A DNA stretch of 10,153 bases from Myxococcota bacterium (lineage in GTDB: Bacteria; Myxococcota; JACRCW01): positions 1-10,153 of the forward strand of contig JBFMGU010000337.1 of NCBI GenBank assembly GCA_040752415.1, given 5' to 3'. Both the position numbers and the translations under genes were made by a program. Positions 1-5,477 of this stretch are shown one piece after another. A model generated the notes under the pieces. The model saw only the letters and a program-made list of their open reading frames with translations, ran no database searches and was not told the origin of the DNA. Each line of letters starts with the position of its first letter. Position 1 is the stretch's first letter.

Positions 1-2
1 TC

Positions 3-1139
3 CCCCATCCCACCCCCGCCCCCCTGGCGCCGATTGCGCTCATGGCGGCGCTGGCGCTGGGTTGCACGGACGGAGGCAGCTACACGGTGAAGAAGGACGC
101 GGGCCCGGATGTCCCCGCGGGCATCACCTACGACGACATCGGCACGCCGTGCACGTGCGAGATCGTGTTTGACGAGGCGAGCGGAACCAACCGCTGCGCG
201 CGCAATCCCACCAACACCTGCGCGAAGAGCGCGCTGACGTGCGTGATTGCGACGCCGGACCCGGCCACCCACAACGCCGGCAATGAGCTGTGGGAAGCGC
301 CGCTGTTCTACCGGCAGACCACCACCGCCGACGGCGGAGTTGCCACCGAGGGCGAGTGCACGTTGCTGGCCCCGCCTGGATTCGCGCTGGGCTGCCCGCG
401 TGGCACCTCGGCCATCCTGCTCTCGACGGGGGTGACGGTGTGCAAGCGGCAGTGCCAGGCGGACCAGGAGTGTGGTCGACCGGACTGGGTGTGTGACCAG
501 CCGCTGATGGACCGCAACGTGATTGACAGCGCGCCGCCGGGGACGCCGGAGCAGCCGTTGAACCTGCGGTTGTGTCGACCGGCGTGCCAGGCGGACTTCC
601 CGGACTGCAACCGCACCACGCCGTGCACGTTGGGTCGTCCCGGCTGCGTGCGGTCTCCCAGCTCCCGCAACGCGCCGGAGGGCCTGGGCATCTACATCGG
701 CGACCGCACCGGCACGCGCGTGTGCAACCGCACCACCGGCCACTGCGACGCGCGCACCGGCGCGGACTCGCAGGCTCCGGTGGGCAAGCAGTGCACCAGC
801 CACAATGACTGCAACGTGAACAACATCTGCATCTCCGACACCGCCTACGCCAACGTCCCCGACGGCGTGGGGTTCTGCACCTTTGCGGGCTGCGACCCTG
901 CCCAGGCTCCGGGCCAGGACGGCTGTGGCGACGGCGTCTCGCTCCTGTGCGAACCCGCCTATGACATGGGCTTGTGCTGGGTGAACTGCAGCGGCGGGAC
1001 CATCTGCGCGGCACCGGGGACCAAGTGCGGCGTGCCGGAGATGTGGCGCGTGGCCAACTTCGACCCCATATCGGGTCAGCCCGGGGTCTGGGACAGCAAC
1101 CATTGCATTGACTGTGACCTGACCGGGGTCTGTCCCTGA
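3..1139 (+). CDS. Cysteine-rich lipoprotein (myxobacterial type), probably 5'-truncated by the window edge
   Basis: The frame is open from position 3 (PHPTPAPLAPIALMAALALGC), so the true start is likely upstream; ATG 42 leaves too short a signal peptide. Lipobox-like LALG|C has its Cys codon at 63-65 and is followed by a TDGG..DAGPD linker. About 33 Cys occur in recurring C-x3-C-x5/6-C units (CKRQCQADQEC, CRPACQADFPDC, CWVNCSGGTIC). Strong GC3 codon bias; TGA at 1137-1139. Confidence 0.8.
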   Translation, partial: PHPTPAPLAPIALMAALALGCTDGGSYTVKKDAGPDVPAGITYDDIGTPCTCEIVFDEASGTNRCARNPTNTCAKSALTCVIATPDPATHNAGNELWEAPLFYRQTTTADGGVATEGECTLLAPPGFALGCPRGTSAILLSTGVTVCKRQCQADQECGRPDWVCDQPLMDRNVIDSAPPGTPEQPLNLRLCRPACQADFPDCNRTTPCTLGRPGCVRSPSSRNAPEGLGIYIGDRTGTRVCNRTTGHCDARTGADSQAPVGKQCTSHNDCNVNNICISDTAYANVPDGVGFCTFAGCDPAQAPGQDGCGDGVSLLCEPAYDMGLCWVNCSGGTICAAPGTKCGVPEMWRVANFDPISGQPGVWDSNHCIDCDLTGVCP

Positions 1140-1160
1140 TTTGACGACGTCACCCACCAG

Positions 1161-1247
1161 GCCGGAATGGCGGAATGGTAGACGCAGGGGCCTTAAAAGC
1201 CCTGGCTCCTTCAATGGGGCATGCGGGTTCGAGTCCCGCTTCCGGCA
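1161..1247 (+). tRNA. tRNA-Leu, anticodon TAA (type II, long variable arm; CCA not encoded)
   Basis: Acceptor stem GCCGGAA(1161-1167)/TTCCGGC(1240-1246) with discriminator A1247; D-arm GCGGAATGGTAGACGC; anticodon stem GGGGC/GCCCT with loop CTTAAAA (TAA at 1194-1196); variable stem GCTCC/GGGGC; T-arm GCGGG-TTCGAGT-CCCGC. Confidence 0.97.
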
Positions 1248-1259
1248 TGTTTCTCGTCG

Positions 1260-2093
1260 TCACAAGCGCCGCGTGAAAGTGGCCACACGCATCCGGGCGG
1301 TCACGGTCAACGGCCCCGCCTGGGCGATTCCCTGGCGTTGCTCGTCGGTGAGCGTGCGCGCGTTTGGCGTCATGGCCACCATGTCCACCAGCGCGGTCCC
1401 CTGCAAATTCATCGGGATGTGCAGGACCTCCGCGGCGTCGGGCGTGAAGTCCGCGGCCATCTGCTCGTCGAGGTGACGCGCTTTCTCCGGCTCCACGCGC
1501 ATGATGGTGTGGACCTGGTTCAGCTCGTGGAGATGTTCCACCTCGGGGTGCACCACCACCAGCTGACCACCGGGCCGGAGCACCCGCGCGAACTCCGCGG
1601 CGTTGCGCGGCGCAAACACGTCCAGCAGCACGTCGACCGAGCCATCCGGTAGTGGCAGCAGTCGCGACGTATCCGCCACCGCGAACGACGTGGCGCGGTA
1701 GCGTCGGGCCGCGAGACGGATGGCGTCCTTGGCCACGTCTGTGCCCAGCGTCCGCACGCCCGGGAGCGCCTCCCCCAACCCACCGACGTAGTGCCCTTCC
1801 CCGCAGCCCGCCTCCAAGACCACGCGCGCATCTCGGCGCGCAACTCTCTCCACGAGCAACGCACGCAGCGGTTGGTAGTGACCGGCCTCCAGGAAGCGTC
1901 GACGTGCCGCCAGCATCTCCGCGCTGTCGCCCACCAGCTTGCCGCGCACGCCGCCGGGGACCAGGTGCAGGTAGCCTTCACGCGCGACGTCGAAGGCATG
2001 CCCCCGCGGGCAGACACGCGCCTTCTCGCCGGGGCCGAGCGCGCCGCGGCACACCGGGCAGGTCCAGTCCACGTTGACGGGAGGGCGGCTCAC
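1260..2093 (-). CDS. rlmA: 23S rRNA (guanine-N1)-methyltransferase, RlmA family (m1G745/m1G748)
   Basis: N-terminal Zn finger CPVC-x11-CPRGHAFD, then REGYLHL, GDSAEMLAARRRFLEAGHY, SAM motif VLEAGCGEGHY, DVAKDAI, VADT..LPLPDGSVD, FAPRNAAEFARVLRPGG and MTP. Probable GTG start at 2093 gives 277 aa, a typical size (alternative GTG at 2072). The extension to 2570 in the ORF track is low-complexity and overlaps another gene. Confidence 0.9.
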   Translation of the reverse strand: MSRPPVNVDWTCPVCRGALGPGEKARVCPRGHAFDVAREGYLHLVPGGVRGKLVGDSAEMLAARRRFLEAGHYQPLRALLVERVARRDARVVLEAGCGEGHYVGGLGEALPGVRTLGTDVAKDAIRLAARRYRATSFAVADTSRLLPLPDGSVDVLLDVFAPRNAAEFARVLRPGGQLVVVHPEVEHLHELNQVHTIMRVEPEKARHLDEQMAADFTPDAAEVLHIPMNLQGTALVDMVAMTPNARTLTDEQRQGIAQAGPLTVTARMRVATFTRRL

Positions 2094-2372
2094 GCTCCCC
2101 GCATATTGCACACCAGCCCCCTCGTCGAGCAGGCCGGCGCAGCCTCGTCGGCGGGTGCGGAAGCGCGGGCGCGGGGAAGGGGTTGGCATCCCAGCGCACG
2201 GCGTTTCCCCTCGCTCATGACGACGACCGGGAACCCGTGGAGATCCCGGTGCCGTCGACGTGACAAGGTCGCAACGTTTCCGCGGGACGCTGGATGTGCT
2301 GCCCATGCAACGGCACCACAGAACTGACAGATGGACGCGCCCCCCAACCCTCCGCGTCCGGAGGCTCCCCTG

Positions 2373-2843
2373 ATGTCGCTCCTCGGCCTTCTCCGTCGCA
2401 GCCGCTGGTCGCCGCGCACCGCGACGCCCCATCCCTCCCCCCCGCGCACCTTCCGCTCCCACCCCCGTCCCGACCGTCCGCTGGTGCTGGTGCTGCAACA
2501 CGAGGACGAGCCCTTTGGCGCCGTGGACGCGGCGTTGGACATCCTGGGCTGTGACGGAATCTGGACCCACTCCACCGCCGAGGCGTGCGAGCGGCTCAGC
2601 GCCGGCCCCACGCCGGAAGTGGTGGTGGTGGACGTGTCCTCGTCAAAGCCGGACGTGGACTTCCTGGTCAAGCACATGAGCACGGGCCCCGAGGGAACGC
2701 GGGTGCCGTTGCTGTTGTGGGGTTCGCACCCCGAGGTGATGCGCACGGTGGAGGTGCCGCACGTGTGCTGGGTGCGCAAGCCGTGTCGCACGCCGGTGCT
2801 GGTGGGCGCGCTGGAGAGCCTGGGCCTGGGTGAGACGCGCTGA
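2373..2843 (+). CDS. Stand-alone atypical (pseudo-)receiver domain protein, CheY-like
   Basis: GGAGG at 2360-2364 lies 8 nt before ATG 2373 (alternative ATG 2331). Receiver-like pattern: LVLVLQHE, STAEACERL, PEVVVVDVS, TRVPLLLWGS, WVRKPC..L. Preceded by an Arg/Pro-rich N-terminal extension. Confidence 0.7.
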   Translation: MSLLGLLRRSRWSPRTATPHPSPPRTFRSHPRPDRPLVLVLQHEDEPFGAVDAALDILGCDGIWTHSTAEACERLSAGPTPEVVVVDVSSSKPDVDFLVKHMSTGPEGTRVPLLLWGSHPEVMRTVEVPHVCWVRKPCRTPVLVGALESLGLGETR

Positions 2844-2869
2844 GCAGCCACTCGCCGAAAGACGTTCCG

Positions 2870-2910
2870 CCCGCGTCTCCGTCACGGAGCTCGCGGGTCG
2901 TTTCGTTTCG
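2870..2910 (+). terminator. Possible hairpin terminator between convergent genes
   Basis: CCCGCG-T-CTCCG (2870-2881) / loop TCA / CGGAG-CT-CGCGGG (2885-2897), followed by TCGTTTCGTTTCG. It lies in the 80-bp gap between two convergent stop codons; the U-tract is interrupted. Confidence 0.4.
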
Positions 2911-2923
2911 ACGTCCAGTCTCG

Positions 2924-3331
2924 TCACCCCGCGCGAGCCACCTGCGCTGCTCCCAGGAAGGTCAGCGCCTCGGCCTCGTCGTGGAAGATCTTCGCGGAAC
3001 CGCCGTTCTGACGGGCCTGCCGCTGCACCTGGAGCTCGCCCACCGCGGACCGCACCAGCACCGCCACCCTTCGGAAACCCGTCGACAGCCCCACCCGGTA
3101 GCGCTCCATGGCCTGCTCGAACTCGGGGTCGTTGCGCAGCGGCCCACGACGCAGATCCACCAGCAGCACGTAACGCGAGCGGTCCACTGACTGGATCACC
3201 TTCTCCAAAGGAGCAAAGGCCGGGTCCAGCTCCTCGGTTCCCTTCAGCTTCTTCTCCAGCCGCGTGAAGCGCACCAGCCCGCGCGCCTCCTCCAGCTCCA
3301 ACGCCACATAATCATTCCGGTAAAGGTCCAT
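2924..3331 (-). CDS. STAS/SEC14 (SpoIIAA-like) small protein, myxobacterial type
   Basis: 135 aa with a GGAGAGGG RBS upstream of the ATG. Pattern LVRFTR..YVLLVDLRRGPLRNDPEFE..FRRVAVLVRSAVGELQVQR..KIFHDEAEALTFL matches the alpha/beta SpoIIAA-like fold family, including the C-terminal F-x-D-E-x-x-A-L motif. Confidence 0.7.
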   Translation of the reverse strand: MDLYRNDYVALELEEARGLVRFTRLEKKLKGTEELDPAFAPLEKVIQSVDRSRYVLLVDLRRGPLRNDPEFEQAMERYRVGLSTGFRRVAVLVRSAVGELQVQRQARQNGGSAKIFHDEAEALTFLGAAQVARAG

Positions 3332-3404
3332 GTCGCGCCCTCTCCCCGCCCGGATGCCCGCGCGAGATAAGGACTGCAGGGACCAGGCGCAAGGTGCGCT
3401 TCAC

Positions 3405-3446
3405 AAAATGCAACCAGGCCGCCCCCCACGACGAAGGGCAGCCCGG
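3405..3446 (-). terminator. Intrinsic terminator downstream of the beta-helix gene
   Basis: On the minus strand: CCGGGCTGCCCTTC / loop GTCGT / GGGGGGCGGCCTGG, a 14-bp stem whose four G-U pairs work only in this orientation, followed by TTGCATTTT. It begins about 20 nt after the TAG at 3466-3468. Confidence 0.7.
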
Positions 3447-3465
3447 GGGAGCATGTGGCGTTCGG

Positions 3466-5043
3466 CTACGGACGCGCGCGCGGCGGGCTGAGCGCGGAGG
3501 AGTTGCCGTTGGCGTCGGTGGCCGTGGCGGTGATGCGAGCGCCGCGCAACGTGGCACCGGGGACGAGCTCCCAGCGGCCATCCGGCCCGGTCACCGCGTG
3601 CCCCTCCAGGAACTGCGCCTGCGTGCCCGCGTCGGAGAAGACGTCCACCACGGCGCCCGGCATGGCGGTGCCCCGGACCACTCCGGCGAGCACCTCGGTC
3701 ACCACCGGCGCGGTGATGGCGTCGTTGGCGGCCTCCTCGTTGGCAATGCCGCCGCGCAGGTTGCCGTAGACGCGGTTGGAGCGCCACGTGTTGCGACGCG
3801 TCTCCGTGCCATTGGCGCTGATGCCCCATTGTCCGTTGGCGCGGACGCGGTTGCTGAGGATCATGTTGTTGCGCGCGCCGCTGGTGACGCGGATGCCGTG
3901 CTGACCGCTGCGTCCCACCATGTTGCGCGCAATGGTGTTCTGCTCCGCGTGGTCCAGCAGGTAGATGCCGTTGGTGCGGTTGCCCATCAGGATGTTGTTG
4001 CGCACCACGTTGCCGCGGCTGGCCTCCACGGTGACGCCGTGCTTGTTGCGGTCAAAGCGGTTCGCCTCGACGAGGTTGTCGTGCGAGCCCAGGATGCGCA
4101 GCCCGTAACCGGTGTTGTCCCAGGCGCGGTTGCCGCGGAACACGTTCCCCCACGACGGAGACTGCGGGTCCTCCGCGTTGGGTGAGCCGGGGTCCAGCAT
4201 GAATCCCTGGTTGGCGTTGTGGTGCGAGCGGTTGCGCACGAAATAGAAGTTGTTGCACCCGCGCGAGATGATGAACCCGTGGTTGCCGTTCTCATACGCC
4301 TCGTTGTCGACGACGGTGACATGGTGCGTGTGGTCATGCGGGTCAAAGCCGTATTCCACGTTGTGATGGAACCGGTTGCCGCGGAAGAGCATGTGCGCGG
4401 CCTGGTAGGTGTAGACGCCGTAGTAGTTGTGGCTGAAGGCGCTGTTGATGACGCGGCCGGTGACGCGCGTGTAGGGGGCGCCGTTCACGTCGGTGCCAAT
4501 GTCGCGCCAGGACACGCCGTACGCTTCTCCCGCGTTGTACCCCAGGTAGCTGAGCTGGGAGGTGATGATGTCCAGCCGCGCCTCATACTTGGCCAGCACG
4601 TAGGCGCGCCCGTCGGAGTAGGTGTGATCGTAGTCGCCGGTGTCCGGGTTCCACGACGTCACCTTCACCCGGTCAAGGAGGATGACACCGTCATAGGTGC
4701 GCAGCCAGACAAACCCGGCGGGCGTGCTGCGCAGCTTGAGCCAGGCCACCTCGTCGCCGCTGACCCGCAGGGTGACCCCCTTGGCGATGTAGAGGTTGGC
4801 GTTGAGCAGCCACTCGCGGTTGCCCAGGGGGAGCACCAGGTTGGGGTGGCCCAGCGAGGAGAGCGTGGCGGAGAGGTCGGCCAGGGTGACCACGGCTCCC
4901 TCGCCGCGGACGGTGATCTTGTTCTCGTCGGAAAGATAGGTGACGCGGAAGGCGTCGGCGTGGGCGGGCGTGGAGAGCAGCCACGTCGTCAACGTGAGCA
5001 GGGCCGCGCGCAGGGCGGTGCGCGCGCGGGAGGGGGCGTTCAT
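3466..5043 (-). CDS. Secreted right-handed parallel beta-helix protein, AlgG-like mannuronan C5-epimerase family, with C-terminal Ig-like domain
   Basis: ATG 5043 has GAGGA 8 nt upstream; Sec signal peptide MNAPSRARTALRAALLTLTTWLLSTPAHA|D. AlgG-like blocks: SYLGY..AYGVSW, NYYGVYTYQA, N..YGFDPHD (4333-4353), HGFIISR, NRSHHN..GFMLD. Many PbH1/NosD-like repeats (N..x.N..GI). Ig-like tail VRGTAMPGAVVDVF..GRW..ITATATDANGNSSALS. 525 aa. Confidence 0.85.
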   Translation of the reverse strand: MNAPSRARTALRAALLTLTTWLLSTPAHADAFRVTYLSDENKITVRGEGAVVTLADLSATLSSLGHPNLVLPLGNREWLLNANLYIAKGVTLRVSGDEVAWLKLRSTPAGFVWLRTYDGVILLDRVKVTSWNPDTGDYDHTYSDGRAYVLAKYEARLDIITSQLSYLGYNAGEAYGVSWRDIGTDVNGAPYTRVTGRVINSAFSHNYYGVYTYQAAHMLFRGNRFHHNVEYGFDPHDHTHHVTVVDNEAYENGNHGFIISRGCNNFYFVRNRSHHNANQGFMLDPGSPNAEDPQSPSWGNVFRGNRAWDNTGYGLRILGSHDNLVEANRFDRNKHGVTVEASRGNVVRNNILMGNRTNGIYLLDHAEQNTIARNMVGRSGQHGIRVTSGARNNMILSNRVRANGQWGISANGTETRRNTWRSNRVYGNLRGGIANEEAANDAITAPVVTEVLAGVVRGTAMPGAVVDVFSDAGTQAQFLEGHAVTGPDGRWELVPGATLRGARITATATDANGNSSALSPPRARP

Positions 5044-5477
5044 GGGGGGCGTCCTCTGTCTGGAGTGGGGCCAAGCAGAGCCGGACGCGTGGCGACGAGC
5101 GCGCGGAAAACCGACCGCGGTGGCGGGGGACTCGAGGGGGGGAAGTTGCGGAGAGACCCCCGCCACCCGCGGCCAGACCGGGGTCCGGCGTGGCGTTGCA
5201 CCACGTCGGGAGACCTCGGAGGTGATGATCACCGGAAGGCGGAGCCGGTCAGGGGACCATTGGTGTGCGAGCGTGCTTCCTCGTGCTGCCCACCAAGCGC
5301 TCGGCTCTCTCAAGAATGTATCGAGGTCCAGAACCGTAGCCAGCGGTTTACGGCCTGATCCGGCAAGGGGTGCAAAACCTCCCACTCCCGCGCCTCGCGT
5401 TGACCGGCCCGTCGGGCGCGGTGGGCCTTGGGCGCAAGCAGCGGGAGCGGTTGCCACACCGGCCCGACGCTGGTTGA
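5044..5477. promoter_or_regulatory. Divergent intergenic control region with inverted repeats
   Basis: 434 bp between divergently oriented genes. Contains a ~19-bp inverted repeat (5115-5133/5153-5172), a 9-bp hairpin (5185-5209) and the palindrome GGTGAT-G-ATCACC (5221-5233). No convincing sigma70 or sigma54 consensus was found by eye. Confidence 0.5.

Noticed and set aside
1223..1260. tRNA 3' end as an integration (att) site of a genomic island
   Set aside because: No integrase, no duplicated tRNA 3' fragment and no obvious composition shift in the window.
1141..1476. 111-aa ORF (and 1221..1652) on the + strand
   Set aside because: Overlaps the tRNA and lies antisense to rlmA; a shadow ORF with no protein-like features.
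2094..2570. N-terminal extension of the rlmA ORF to 436 aa
   Set aside because: Arg/Gly/Pro-rich low-complexity translation that overlaps the opposite-strand receiver gene; RlmA homology starts at the CPVC Zn finger.
3409..3424. sigma54-like GG-N10-GC (GGGCGGCCTGGTTGCA, minus strand) upstream of the STAS/SEC14 gene
   Set aside because: Lacks TGGCAC and coincides with the 3' arm and U-tail of the terminator hairpin, which explains the sequence better.
5355..5395. c-di-GMP-I riboswitch-like words (GGCAA..GCAAAACC)
   Set aside because: The required P2 stem with GNRA tetraloop/receptor and the P1 pairing could not be built.
5044..5457. N-terminal extension of the beta-helix ORF to 663 aa
   Set aside because: A signal peptide and RBS sit at ATG 5043; the extension reads as stop-free GC-rich intergenic DNA.
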